Of a stretch of 64,000 nucleotides of DNA, positions 1 to 9,537 are shown in pieces. Every line of letters starts with the position of its first letter. The first letter of the stretch is position 1. The DNA lies in contig CAYWCV010000001.1 of assembly GCA_964456845.1 (NCBI GenBank), positions 116,240 to 180,239 on the forward strand, in the 5' to 3' direction. The notes under the pieces are model-generated. The model did no database searches, was not told the DNA's origin, and worked only from the letters and a program-made list of their open reading frames with translations. A program made the translations under genes and the position numbers. The DNA comes from an uncultured Chitinophagales bacterium (GTDB taxonomy: Bacteria > Bacteroidota > Rhodothermia > Balneolales > CAYWCV01).

Positions 1-1
1 T

Positions 2-442
2 GAGAGCGAAGGCAAGGGGCACAAAGGTCTGTTCCCGGCAGTGTTAAGGTACAGCACCGATCTGCACAGTCTTGGCCAGATGGTGCAGGACGGTGTCAGA
101 AACCAGATTGAGACCTTTATTGCCGTCAAACATATTGCTGACGAATATGTGGTCAAGCCCGACCAAGGCAACGAGGACGGCCTAAACTATTTGTCAGGCC
201 GCACCATGCACGAAATTAACACCAAGGCGCTCGAGGGCACGCGCCAGGCCCACATGGAAGGCGGTGTTCCGGCACTGACGATCACGCTCGACCGTCTGGA
301 TGCCGAGCACCTGGGGGCATTGATTCTCTACTTCGAGGTTTTGACAGCTGTCTATGTATATTGCCTGGATGAAAACCCCTTCGATCAACCTGGAGTGGAG
401 GCCTATAAGAAGGCCATGTTCAGACTACTTGGAAAGCCATGA
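2..442 (+). CDS. pgi: glucose-6-phosphate isomerase, C-terminal fragment (5' end lies outside the window)
   Basis: The frame is open from nt 2. The C-terminal sequence ...STDLHSLGQMVQDG...ITLDRLDAEHLGALILYFE...ENPFDQPGVEAYK is typical of bacterial PGI. The stop overlaps the next start (ATGA at 439-442). Confidence 0.85.
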   Translation, partial: ESEGKGHKGLFPAVLRYSTDLHSLGQMVQDGVRNQIETFIAVKHIADEYVVKPDQGNEDGLNYLSGRTMHEINTKALEGTRQAHMEGGVPALTITLDRLDAEHLGALILYFEVLTAVYVYCLDENPFDQPGVEAYKKAMFRLLGKP

Positions 443-1101
443 CCATCATGAGTACCAATCCCATCGACAGCCAGTCGAAAAAGACCCGATATATTGCCAT
501 CGCTGGTAATATTGGCGCCGGAAAGTCATCACTCACGGGGCTGTTGGGACGACACTTTGGCTGGCAGCCTTACTACGAGTCGGTCGACGACAATCCCTAC
601 CTCGCCGATTTCTACGAAGACATGCGCCGGTGGAGCTTCAATCTTCAAATTTATTTCCTGTCTTCCCGATTTCGTCATCAGCGTCACATTCTGAGCGGGA
701 CATCGGATTTCATACAGGACAGGACCATCTACGAAGACGTCGAGATCTTTGCCAAGAACCTTTTTGAGATGGGTCTCATGAGCGAGCGGGATTACGACAA
801 TTATAAATCCCTTTTTGGGGAGATGACCGCCTTTCTGCGTCCGCCAGACTTGCTCATCTACCTCCGGGCGCAAGTTCCGACCTTAGTGCGGCAGATTCAG
901 GCTCGTGGCAGGGAGTACGAAAACTCCATTCGTATCGACTATCTGGAGCGCCTGAACCAGCACTATGAGACTTGGGTTGCTGCTTATCCGCACCAGAAGC
1001 TCGTGATCGACACGGACGACCTAGATTTTGTGGCGCGCCCAGAAGACCTAGGGCGCATCATCTCGATGGTGGAACAACGTTTGTTCGGCCTGTTCTCATG
1101 A
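439..1101 (+). CDS. deoxynucleoside kinase (dAK/dGK/dCK family)
   Basis: 220 aa. P-loop IAIAGNIGAGKSS followed by ...YYESVDDNPYLADFYEDMRRWSFNLQIYFLSSRF and DRTIYED, which are hallmarks of the dNK family. An alternative start lies at 448. Confidence 0.85.
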   Translation: MTIMSTNPIDSQSKKTRYIAIAGNIGAGKSSLTGLLGRHFGWQPYYESVDDNPYLADFYEDMRRWSFNLQIYFLSSRFRHQRHILSGTSDFIQDRTIYEDVEIFAKNLFEMGLMSERDYDNYKSLFGEMTAFLRPPDLLIYLRAQVPTLVRQIQARGREYENSIRIDYLERLNQHYETWVAAYPHQKLVIDTDDLDFVARPEDLGRIISMVEQRLFGLFS

Positions 1102-1157
1102 TTTTTGCCTTTAGCTTTTGATTTCCGTATCTTTCCCGACTATTTTGGTCGTTTTCT

Positions 1158-1667
1158 ATGATTACGTTTAAGATCAGCGACATACCGATGGGCAAGTCGG
1201 AGCGGGAGATCGATTTCTCCGGCGAAGACGTAGGCCTTGAGGAGGTTCCTTTCAAGGAAGGCTACCTAGAGTTGGATATTGAGCGTTTTCACGATTCGGT
1301 CAAAGTCGATTTTTTGGTCGAGGGTACGGCATGCCTTACCTGCGACCGTTCTTTGGAAGTGTTTGACTATCCCATTTCTCGATCGTATACGGTGCTGTTC
1401 CGTGCGGAACACGCCGAAGACGAGGAAGATGAGTTCACGGCTGCGCGCAAGCTCGACTTGAACAAGAACAAGATTGATATCACCGACATGGTGCGGGAGA
1501 CGATCCTTTTGGATATCCCAATCAAGAAGCTGCATCCGCGGTACCTTGACGAAGACGGGAACCCGACCACGTTTGAGATCGATTTTGGAGGGGATGATCA
1601 ACCCGATGGTGAGGATTCCCGTTGGGAGGCACTCAAAAAAATTCAACAACCCAAAACAGACAGCTAG
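1158..1667 (+). CDS. yceD: YceD/DUF177 family protein (large-subunit rRNA accumulation protein)
   Basis: 169-aa acidic protein with a C..C pair (TCLTCDR). It sits in the conserved position immediately upstream of rpmF-plsX. Confidence 0.7.
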   Translation: MITFKISDIPMGKSEREIDFSGEDVGLEEVPFKEGYLELDIERFHDSVKVDFLVEGTACLTCDRSLEVFDYPISRSYTVLFRAEHAEDEEDEFTAARKLDLNKNKIDITDMVRETILLDIPIKKLHPRYLDEDGNPTTFEIDFGGDDQPDGEDSRWEALKKIQQPKTDS

Positions 1668-1678
1668 AAGTACAGACC

Positions 1679-1858
1679 ATGGCACACCCAAAACGCCGCA
1701 CCTCCAAATCGAAAAAAAACATGCGCCGTTCGCACCACGCACTTGAGAATGTTGCTCTTGCCGTGTGCTCGAACTGCAGCTCTTCGCACAAAGCGCACAA
1801 CGCTTGCCCAGAGTGCGGTTATTACCGCGGCCGTCAGGTTATTGCCGTCAAAGCATAA
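1679..1858 (+). CDS. rpmF: 50S ribosomal protein L32
   Basis: MAHPKRRTSKSKKNMRRSHHAL...CSNC...CPECGYYRGRQV is the canonical L32 N-terminus plus zinc ribbon. The ATG at 1679 lies inside the longer track ORF 1622-1858. Confidence 0.93.
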   Translation: MAHPKRRTSKSKKNMRRSHHALENVALAVCSNCSSSHKAHNACPECGYYRGRQVIAVKA

Positions 1859-1873
1859 CACTGATCCTTTTAT

Positions 1874-2857
1874 ATGGTCATCGCAGTAGACGTAGCAGGT
1901 GGAGATCACATCCCTGACAGTCCAGTCGGCGGTGCACTGCTTGCTTTAGAGTCAAATCCGGATCTACAGGTGCTTCTTGTGGGTCCTGAGTCGATGACGA
2001 GATCTGCACTTGAGGGCAAGTCCTACGATGCATCTCGTGTTCGCATCGTTGACGCGCCCGAAGTGGTGGGCATGGACGAGTCGCCCTCAAAGGCGCTCAA
2101 GTCGAAACCAAATTCATCCATTGCTGTCGGGCTCGGCCTTCACAAGCAGGGCAAATGCGACGCTTTTGTCAGTGCGGGTAATACCGGGGCGCTTCTTGCA
2201 GCATCAACCCTTGTGTTGGGGCGCCTGCAAGGCGTGCTCAGGCCTACCATCGTTACCTATTACCCTACCACGAAGGGATTCAGGCTGTTAGTCGATGCTG
2301 GAGCCAACGTTGAGGTGCGACCAGAAATGCTGGTCCAATTCGCCAGGATGGGCGAGATTTACGCCCGCGACATGATGAATATCACAGATCCAAAGATCGG
2401 CTTGCTCAACGTGGGCGAGGAAGAGGAGAAGGGCACCGATATCTTGCGCGAATCACACCAGCTCTTAAAATTGCTCCCAAATTTTGTCGGCAATGTCGAA
2501 GGCCGCGACATTTTGCCGGCCAATGCCGATGTGTTTGTCTGCGATGGTCTTGTTGGAAACATCTTGCTCAAATTTGGTGAATCGCTTGTCGTCAACCTGG
2601 GAGTGCTTCTCAAGCAGACTGTGAAAGAACTTCAGCTGCCCGAAGAGGCAGCAAAGACGGTTTTCGGTGTGTTCCAACGCACGCTCAAGCCGTTCGATCC
2701 CGACAATGTCGGTGGACTGCCATTCCTAGGGGTCAACGGCGTCAGTTTGGTGGGTCACGGCAGTAGCAGTCCAAAGGCTATCCACAACATGATATTGAAC
2801 GCAATACACATGGTGGAAGCGAAGGTCAATGATAAAATTGTAGCCGCTTTGCGGTAA
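1874..2857 (+). CDS. plsX: phosphate acyltransferase PlsX
   Basis: 327 aa. MVIAVDVAGGDH..., SAGNTGALLA and GVSLVGHGSS are typical PlsX motifs. The rpmF-plsX-fabH synteny also supports the call. Confidence 0.93.
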   Translation: MVIAVDVAGGDHIPDSPVGGALLALESNPDLQVLLVGPESMTRSALEGKSYDASRVRIVDAPEVVGMDESPSKALKSKPNSSIAVGLGLHKQGKCDAFVSAGNTGALLAASTLVLGRLQGVLRPTIVTYYPTTKGFRLLVDAGANVEVRPEMLVQFARMGEIYARDMMNITDPKIGLLNVGEEEEKGTDILRESHQLLKLLPNFVGNVEGRDILPANADVFVCDGLVGNILLKFGESLVVNLGVLLKQTVKELQLPEEAAKTVFGVFQRTLKPFDPDNVGGLPFLGVNGVSLVGHGSSSPKAIHNMILNAIHMVEAKVNDKIVAALR

Positions 2858-2864
2858 TCCCTGT

Positions 2865-3857
2865 ATGAATGTACGTCCGCGTGTAAAAATTTCGGGAGTA
2901 GGCCACTATCTCCCCGACTATGTTTTGACCAATGCCGAACTGGAGAAACTCGTCGACACCAACGACGAGTGGATAGTGTCCCGGACCGGAATTAAGGAAC
3001 GCAGGATACTCAAGGATCCAGACAAGGCGACGTCGTACATGGCGTCGAGGGCCGCAAAAGAGGTGTTGGAACAGACGAATACGGATCCATCCGAAATCGA
3101 CGCCATCTTGGTGGCCACCGTGACGCCCGATTATCTGTTTCCGGCCACCGCTTGCATCGTGCAGCATGAAATTGGTGCCACCAACGCCTTCGGCTACGAC
3201 ATCGAGGCGGCATGCTCCGGTTTTCTGTTCGCATTGACTACCGGATCGAGCATGATCGAATCGGGGCGCTGCAAGAAGGTGATCGTAATCGGTGCCGACA
3301 AGATGAGCTCCATCCTCGATTTTTCGGACCGTACAACGTGCATCCTCTTTGGTGACGGTGCCGGTGCGGTTCTTCTTGAGGCGAGTGAAGACGAAACGGG
3401 CATTATCGATTTCATACAGCGTTCGAACGGCGAGAACAATGAGGCGCTGATCATGCAGGCGGGAGGCAGCCGCCATCCGGCCTCGGCAGAAACCGTTGCC
3501 AACAAGTTGCACGTCATTACACAAGAAGGCAAAATGGTCTTCAAAATGGCCACTGTGGGCATGGCCGACGTGGCCGCTGAAATCATGGTCAAGAATGGGC
3601 TTACCGGCGATGATGTGGCCTGGCTTGTGCCGCATCAGGCCAATCTGAGAATCATCGACGCGACAGCAAACCGGATGGGAATCAGCCGCGACAAGGTGAT
3701 GATCAACATCGACCGTTACGGAAACACGACCGCCGCTACGATTCCTTTGTGTTTGTACGATTGGAAGGACCAGCTCAACAAGGGCGACAATCTGATATTG
3801 GCGGCTTTCGGTGGCGGCTTCACCTGGGGTGCTGTTTACGTGAAATGGAGCATTTGA
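2865..3857 (+). CDS. fabH: 3-oxoacyl-ACP synthase III (KAS III)
   Basis: 330 aa. Active-site context EAACSGF, plus HQANLRII and GNTTAATIP, gives the FabH Cys-His-Asn triad. Confidence 0.93.
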   Translation: MNVRPRVKISGVGHYLPDYVLTNAELEKLVDTNDEWIVSRTGIKERRILKDPDKATSYMASRAAKEVLEQTNTDPSEIDAILVATVTPDYLFPATACIVQHEIGATNAFGYDIEAACSGFLFALTTGSSMIESGRCKKVIVIGADKMSSILDFSDRTTCILFGDGAGAVLLEASEDETGIIDFIQRSNGENNEALIMQAGGSRHPASAETVANKLHVITQEGKMVFKMATVGMADVAAEIMVKNGLTGDDVAWLVPHQANLRIIDATANRMGISRDKVMINIDRYGNTTAATIPLCLYDWKDQLNKGDNLILAAFGGGFTWGAVYVKWSI

Positions 3858-3867
3858 TCACTTGATT

Positions 3868-4758
3868 ATGTCGAAACACGCGGTAATATTTCCAGGTCAG
3901 GGATCACAGTCGGTCGGCATGGGCAAGGCGCTGTACGACTCGAACACCGAGGTTCAGAAGTGGTTTCATAAAGCCGACGACATCTTGGGTTTTTCCCTGA
4001 CCGATGTCATGTTTAACGGCCCGATTGAGACGCTCACACAGACGGAGTACACTCAACCGGCCATTTATCTGCATTCGGTGGCATCCTACTTTGCACACGG
4101 ATTGCAGGCCGACATGGTAGCAGGTCACAGCTTGGGTGAATTTTCGGCACTCACAGCGGCCCGTGTAATCAGTTTTGAGGATGGGTTACAACTGGTTCGA
4201 TTGCGTGGGCTCAGCATGCAAAAAGCCGGTGAGGAATACCCAGGGGCAATGGCTGCAGTTATCGGCTTGGACGATGCCCGTGTCGAAGAAATATGCGAGG
4301 CATTGAGCAAGGCAGTCGGCGAGCCTGTAGTCGCTGCCAACTACAACTGCAACGGTCAATTAGTCATATCAGGCAATGTGCATGCCGTCGAGTCGGCAAT
4401 GGCTTCCCTAAAGGATGCGGGCTGTCGCCTTGTGAAAAGGCTGCCAGTGAGTGGTGCCTTTCACTCGCCTCTGATGCAGCCTGCTTATGGCCCATTGTCT
4501 GACGCTTTGGCGAAACTGGAGTTCCAATCGCCGGATTTTCCGGTATATTCGAACTACACGGCAATGTCGAGCATCGACCCGTCCGTTTTAAAATCGAATG
4601 CCCTAAACCAGTTGCTGAACCCGGTGCGTTGGACCCAAACCTTAGTTCGCATGTTCGACGACGATGCCAGAATTTTCACGGAGTGCGGACCCGGCAATGT
4701 GCTCAGGGGTCTTGTGCAGCGAACATTGAAGGATGTCACCATTCAGGGTGTAGATTAA
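3868..4758 (+). CDS. fabD: malonyl CoA-ACP transacylase
   Basis: FPGQGSQ, the nucleophile motif GHSLGEFSAL, and VSGAFHSPLM. ATG at 3868; the track ORF begins at a TTG at 3862. Confidence 0.93.
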   Translation: MSKHAVIFPGQGSQSVGMGKALYDSNTEVQKWFHKADDILGFSLTDVMFNGPIETLTQTEYTQPAIYLHSVASYFAHGLQADMVAGHSLGEFSALTAARVISFEDGLQLVRLRGLSMQKAGEEYPGAMAAVIGLDDARVEEICEALSKAVGEPVVAANYNCNGQLVISGNVHAVESAMASLKDAGCRLVKRLPVSGAFHSPLMQPAYGPLSDALAKLEFQSPDFPVYSNYTAMSSIDPSVLKSNALNQLLNPVRWTQTLVRMFDDDARIFTECGPGNVLRGLVQRTLKDVTIQGVD

Positions 4759-4773
4759 CATTAGGAGAAACGT

Positions 4774-5526
4774 ATGCCTATTATCGACCTTTCCGGAAAA
4801 ACGGTGCTCGTTACTGGAGCCGGCCGCGGAATTGGGAAACACATAGCACTCATGGCCGCGAAAGCAGGGGCAGACGTGGCGATCACGTATGCAAGCAGTG
4901 CAGCACCTGCACAGGCGGTAGTGGAAGAGGTGGAAGCCATGGGACGTAAATCAATGGCTTACCAAGCAGATGCAGCCGATGCGAACCGTGCGGGAGAGGT
5001 TGTGGACGATATCATCAAACAGTGGGGTAAACTAGATGTCCTTGTCAACAACGCAGGCATTACACGCGACACGCTCATCATGCGGATGAGTGACACACAG
5101 TGGGACGACGTCATCCGCACGAATCTGACAAGTGTGTTCAACTATTGCAAGGCAGCCACCAGGCCCATGATGAAGCAGCGCGAAGGCAGCATCGTCAACA
5201 TTTCATCCGTTGTAGGAATCAACGGCAACGCCGGGCAGACAAATTATGCGGCCAGCAAGGCTGGCATGATCGGTTTTAGCAAATCTCTTGCCAAGGAATT
5301 AGCCTCACGCAATGTCCGTGTGAACGTTGTGGCACCGGGATACATTTCAACGGACATGACGGAGGGACTTCCTGAGGCCGTATTGGCAAAAATTTCTGAG
5401 GACACACCATTGGGTCGCAGCGGACAATCGGACGAAGTAGCCGCTGCAGTTGTATTTCTAGCATCGCCCGCCGCCAGCTTTATCACCGGAGAGGTGTTGA
5501 AAGTGGACGGTGGTATGGCTATGTAA
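4774..5526 (+). CDS. fabG: 3-oxoacyl-ACP reductase (SDR)
   Basis: 250 aa. TGAGRGIG, NNAG, YAASKAG and ASFITGEVLKVDGGMAM. It occupies the FabG position between fabD and acpP. Confidence 0.92.
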   Translation: MPIIDLSGKTVLVTGAGRGIGKHIALMAAKAGADVAITYASSAAPAQAVVEEVEAMGRKSMAYQADAADANRAGEVVDDIIKQWGKLDVLVNNAGITRDTLIMRMSDTQWDDVIRTNLTSVFNYCKAATRPMMKQREGSIVNISSVVGINGNAGQTNYAASKAGMIGFSKSLAKELASRNVRVNVVAPGYISTDMTEGLPEAVLAKISEDTPLGRSGQSDEVAAAVVFLASPAASFITGEVLKVDGGMAM

Positions 5527-5595
5527 GCATCGCGATTGGCAGTCTTTGAAAAAATCGTTACTTTCCACCATCTCAAATCTCAATCAATTACAAAA

Positions 5596-5835
5596 ATGGC
5601 ACAAGATATCGAAGCGAAAGTCAAATCGATCATCGTCGACAAGCTCGGCGTTGACGAGGCAGAGGTAAACGCAGGCGCAAACTTCACCAACGACCTGGGC
5701 GCAGACTCGCTCGACACCGTTGAGTTGATCATGGAATTCGAAAAAGAATTCGACATCAGCATTCCAGACGAAGACGCTGAGAAGATTGCTACCGTAGGCG
5801 ACGCCGTCACCTACATCCAGGGCCGCGTATCCTGA
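5596..5835 (+). CDS. acpP: acyl carrier protein
   Basis: 79 aa containing the [16 protein letters not shown] phosphopantetheine attachment motif. ATG at 5596 lies inside track ORF 5536-5835. Confidence 0.95.
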   Translation: MAQDIEAKVKSIIVDKLGVDEAEVNAGANFTNDLGADSLDTVELIMEFEKEFDISIPDEDAEKIATVGDAVTYIQGRVS

Positions 5836-5854
5836 TAGGCGAGTCGTATCTAAT

Positions 5855-7099
5855 ATGACAAATCGCCGAGTTGTCATTTCCGGAATGGGTGCGCTCACAC
5901 CAATTGGTGCGAGCACACCCGATTTCTGGGAAGGCCTGGTGTCGGGTAAAAGCGGTGCTCGCGAAATTACCCATTTCGATACCACAAACCACGCCACAAA
6001 ATTCGCGGCACAATTGGAGGACTACGACGCCAGTCGATATCTCGACCATAAAGAGGCGCGTCGTATGGACAAGTTTTGTCAATATGCCATGATTGCCTCA
6101 GATGAGGCACTCGTAGATTCGGGAATTGATCTCGATGTAGTCGACAAAGACCGAGTTGCGGTTTTGATCGGATCCGGTATTGGTGGAATGGACACCTTCT
6201 ACCAGCAGGCGTTGGCCCTCAAAGATCGGGGTCCTAGGGCCGTGTCACCCTTCTTTATACCCATGCTGATTCCCGATATCGCTTCGGGGCAAGTTTCGAT
6301 AAAATACGGTTTTAGGGGACCTAATTTCTGTGCAGTGTCAGCATGCGCCACAGGTTCGCACAACATCGGTTTGGCTTTCAACTCGATCATGAGGGGAGAG
6401 TCGGACTATGCGCTGTGTGGTGGAGCAGAAGCACCCGTCATCGAAATGGGAGTGGCAGGATTTAACGCCCTAAAGGCGATGTCCACACGCAATGATGACC
6501 CAGCACGAGCATCCCGTCCTTTCGACAAGACACGGGATGGATTCGTCCTTGGAGAAGGTGCAGGCATCCTGTTCATAGAAACCCTTGAATCTGCAAAGGC
6601 TAGGGGAGCGAAGATATACGCCGAATTGGTCGGTTACGGATTTTCTGCCGATGCCTATCATATCACAGCGCCCGACCCTGACGGCAATGGAGTTCAACTG
6701 GCGATGAACAACGCCTTGAAGGCAGCTAAAATCACCCCAGAGCGCGTGCAGCACATTAACATGCACGGTACATCTACCCCTTTGGGCGACATCGCTGAAA
6801 CAAATTCGATCAAAAAGGTATTCGGAAAACACGCATACGACATGAACCTGAATTCAACGAAGTCGATGACAGGCCACATGTTGGGTGCTGCCGGTGCCGC
6901 CGAGTCGATTGCCACCATTCTGGCAATATACCATGGCATCGTGCCTCCGACCATCAACTTCAGCGAGGCTGACCCCGAGTGCGACCTTAACTATACCTTC
7001 AATAAGGCACAGCCTCGCGAAATCGAATACGCCATCAATAATGCCTTCGGCTTTGGTGGACACAACACATCTGTCGTTTTCCGAAAATTTCAGGATTGA
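5855..7099 (+). CDS. fabF: 3-oxoacyl-ACP synthase II (KAS II)
   Basis: 414 aa. VSACATG active-site Cys, HGTSTPLGD and GHMLGAAG His motifs, and C-terminal FGFGGHN. Confidence 0.94.
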   Translation: MTNRRVVISGMGALTPIGASTPDFWEGLVSGKSGAREITHFDTTNHATKFAAQLEDYDASRYLDHKEARRMDKFCQYAMIASDEALVDSGIDLDVVDKDRVAVLIGSGIGGMDTFYQQALALKDRGPRAVSPFFIPMLIPDIASGQVSIKYGFRGPNFCAVSACATGSHNIGLAFNSIMRGESDYALCGGAEAPVIEMGVAGFNALKAMSTRNDDPARASRPFDKTRDGFVLGEGAGILFIETLESAKARGAKIYAELVGYGFSADAYHITAPDPDGNGVQLAMNNALKAAKITPERVQHINMHGTSTPLGDIAETNSIKKVFGKHAYDMNLNSTKSMTGHMLGAAGAAESIATILAIYHGIVPPTINFSEADPECDLNYTFNKAQPREIEYAINNAFGFGGHNTSVVFRKFQD

Positions 7100-7101
7100 T
7101 T

Positions 7102-7857
7102 ATGTTCGAACGGTTTCGGGGCTGGTGGCTTCAGAGGGGACTCGAGCCAGAAGACCGATCGCGAATCTCATTCTTGAGCACATGTTTCGATGAATACATC
7201 GTCGATCCAGTCAATTATCTGAAGGCGCTTCGACACAGGTCAAAGTTGATTGACAATGACTTGAGAGACAGCGATTCGTATGAGCGCCTTGAGTTTCTTG
7301 GCGATTCCGTACTTGACCTGATTATTACCGAGGTGTTATTTGAGCGATTCACCGATAAGGATGAGGGTTTTATGACCCAAATGCGCTCAAAATTAGTCAA
7401 AGGTGATGCACTTGCCGGATATTCACGGCAGTTGGGTCTGCCTCAAGTAGTTGAATTGGGCGAAAGGGCAAAAGGACAGGGAATCGAGTACAGCACGTCG
7501 ATATTGGGCGACATTTTTGAGGCTCTTATTGGTGCCCTTTACAAAGACAGGGGCTATGCTGCCACCAGGAGGTTCATCGAACGTGTGCTCGACAATCACC
7601 TTGACATCAAGGAAGTGGCCGCCTACGACGATAACTACAAAAGCATCCTGATGGAATATGCACAAGCCAGAAGAATGCGGATTCCAGTCTACAAGGTGAT
7701 CCAAGAAGATGGGCCCGCCCATAACAGAACCTTCGTTGTGGAAGTATTGGTCGGCGATCAGAAAGCTGGAGAGGGAACAGGCAAAAGTAAAAAAATTGCC
7801 GAGCAGGAGGCAGCCAGAGCAGCCTACGAGATGCTGAAGAATGCTCACCGAACGTGA
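7102..7857 (+). CDS. rnc: ribonuclease III
   Basis: RNase III signature ERLEFLGDSVL and a C-terminal dsRBD (GPAHNRTFVVEV...GKSKKIAEQEAA). ATG at 7102; a TTG at 7096 is also possible. Confidence 0.92.
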   Translation: MFERFRGWWLQRGLEPEDRSRISFLSTCFDEYIVDPVNYLKALRHRSKLIDNDLRDSDSYERLEFLGDSVLDLIITEVLFERFTDKDEGFMTQMRSKLVKGDALAGYSRQLGLPQVVELGERAKGQGIEYSTSILGDIFEALIGALYKDRGYAATRRFIERVLDNHLDIKEVAAYDDNYKSILMEYAQARRMRIPVYKVIQEDGPAHNRTFVVEVLVGDQKAGEGTGKSKKIAEQEAARAAYEMLKNAHRT

Positions 7858-7885
7858 CCCTTCGTCAGTGAAATAATCTCAGGCT

Positions 7886-9028
7886 TCAGTAACCCAGACG
7901 TTCGGTGCTCACCTCAATAGGGATGGCGCTGTAGTTGACCATGCACGCCGCAAGTAGCTGGCCGAGATAGGCAGCATATAAAAGTCCCTTCGAACCCAGT
8001 CCTGTAAACACCCATAGTCCCTTTGATAGTGGATGAGGGCCAATGATGGGCATCCGGTTGGGTGTTCCGAGCCGCACGCCAACCCATTGTTGCGACAGTT
8101 CGCTGTGCAGTCGAATATCAGGCAGAAGCGAATCGACCTTCTGCTCGAGAAAACGTAAACCAGCCTCATCTGGTTCCAAGTTGTCAAAATGGTGTTCAAA
8201 GGTGCTGCCGATTACCCAATCATACCCGTTCAAATGTGCCACATATCCGCGTCCAGCAATTGCATGCGTCCATTTCAACTGCTCAGAAGACCGGTACAGG
8301 GCCATCTGTCCTTTGATTTTGTGTACGGGCATCCACTTCCAATCCGGATCGTCCAATATGGCTGCTCCAGTTGTCGTAACAACGTGCCTTGCGCGTAACG
8401 TTATTCCATTGCTTAAATCAATGACCCATAACTTGTCGATGGGTAGCCATGTTTTGGAGACAATTTCGGTGCCTGTCGACACGGTCGCACCGATTTCCCT
8501 CAGCATCAATGCGAGGGCATCCAAATAGGTTGGCACATCCACCGTGTAGCCCTCGTTTACCCATAAGCCACCCCCAGCATGCTTTAGATTTGGGTGAAAT
8601 GTGTCCACTTCCTCGCTATTCATCCATCTGGCCCATCCAACGGGATAGGAATGGCGCGAGAGACTTGTGCTGAAGGCCTCCAATGTGGCAGCATCCACCG
8701 ACGGTCGAAGAACACCAGATTTCTTGAAGAACAGCTGCTCAGAATGCGAACGTGTGCGTTCGAGCAGTTGATCGATCGCCGAGATGCATGATTTCGCATT
8801 CCAGCTCAAATTTGCCTGTTTTGCGGCGGCGGGATTGATCAATCCGATGGGAACTCCGGACGAACCTGATCCCAATGTGGCACGTTCAATTACGTATGTT
8901 TGTACACCAAGATCCGATAATGCCGCAGCCAACGACAAACCGGCCAATCCTGCTCCTATGACGACTACATCAGCAGATGTGTCCACTTTAAATCTCTGAA
9001 GACGTGATGAGCGCTGCACCTGCAGCAA
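7886..9028 (-). CDS. FAD-dependent oxidoreductase (DAO family)
   Basis: 380 aa with the N-terminal dinucleotide fold DVVVIGAGLAGLSLAAAL. Substrate is unknown. The ATG at 9028 overlaps pncA by 41 nt; a GTG at 8986, 1 nt after the pncA stop, is an alternative start. Confidence 0.7.
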   Translation of the reverse strand: MLQVQRSSRLQRFKVDTSADVVVIGAGLAGLSLAAALSDLGVQTYVIERATLGSGSSGVPIGLINPAAAKQANLSWNAKSCISAIDQLLERTRSHSEQLFFKKSGVLRPSVDAATLEAFSTSLSRHSYPVGWARWMNSEEVDTFHPNLKHAGGGLWVNEGYTVDVPTYLDALALMLREIGATVSTGTEIVSKTWLPIDKLWVIDLSNGITLRARHVVTTTGAAILDDPDWKWMPVHKIKGQMALYRSSEQLKWTHAIAGRGYVAHLNGYDWVIGSTFEHHFDNLEPDEAGLRFLEQKVDSLLPDIRLHSELSQQWVGVRLGTPNRMPIIGPHPLSKGLWVFTGLGSKGLLYAAYLGQLLAACMVNYSAIPIEVSTERLGY

Positions 9029-9530
9029 CCATTTCTGACAGTGCTTTGTCTGAGTCGCCAGGCTGCAAATTTACAGCGTCGATGGCGTCGGTGATTACAC
9101 GGACACTGTAGCCGGCCTTGAGGGCGTCAATAACGGTTGCCTTTACGCAGAAATCGGTTGCCAAACCGCAAATATCAAGACCCTTTATATCATTTCGGGC
9201 AAGGTAGTCGTCCAGATTGTCGTTTGTGGCCTCGAATGCGGAGTAGCCATCATCCTTATTGTGCGTTCCTTTGAGGAACACATGCTTGATGCGGTGAGAT
9301 TCAAGGTCTTGGTGGAACTCAGCCCCGTTTGTTTCGGCAACACAATGAACAGGCCATTTTTCGAAGTGGACCGTGACGTAGGGATGCCAATCCTTCGAAG
9401 CCAGGATAGTTTCGTAATGACTCATTAAGTCGTTGATAATGGGCACCACCTTGTCGGCTGTTGCAATTTGGAGGGCACCACCAGGGCAAAAGTCTCTCTG
9501 TAGGTCTACTATAAAAAGAGCGCGTTTCAT
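8988..9530 (-). CDS. pncA: nicotinamidase / pyrazinamidase (isochorismatase family)
   Basis: 180 aa. ALFIVDLQRDFCPGGAL, WHP..H, and LDICGLATDFCV with the catalytic Cys. It lies adjacent to pncB. Confidence 0.88.
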   Translation of the reverse strand: MKRALFIVDLQRDFCPGGALQIATADKVVPIINDLMSHYETILASKDWHPYVTVHFEKWPVHCVAETNGAEFHQDLESHRIKHVFLKGTHNKDDGYSAFEATNDNLDDYLARNDIKGLDICGLATDFCVKATVIDALKAGYSVRVITDAIDAVNLQPGDSDKALSEMVAAGAALITSSEI

Positions 9531-9537
9531 GGAATTC

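Noticed and set aside
2826-3635. 269-aa ORF antisense to fabH
   Set aside because: It lies entirely inside the unambiguous fabH CDS on the opposite strand. Its composition is Arg/His/Gly-rich with low complexity, which is typical of shadow ORFs in genes of moderate GC content. It has no motif.
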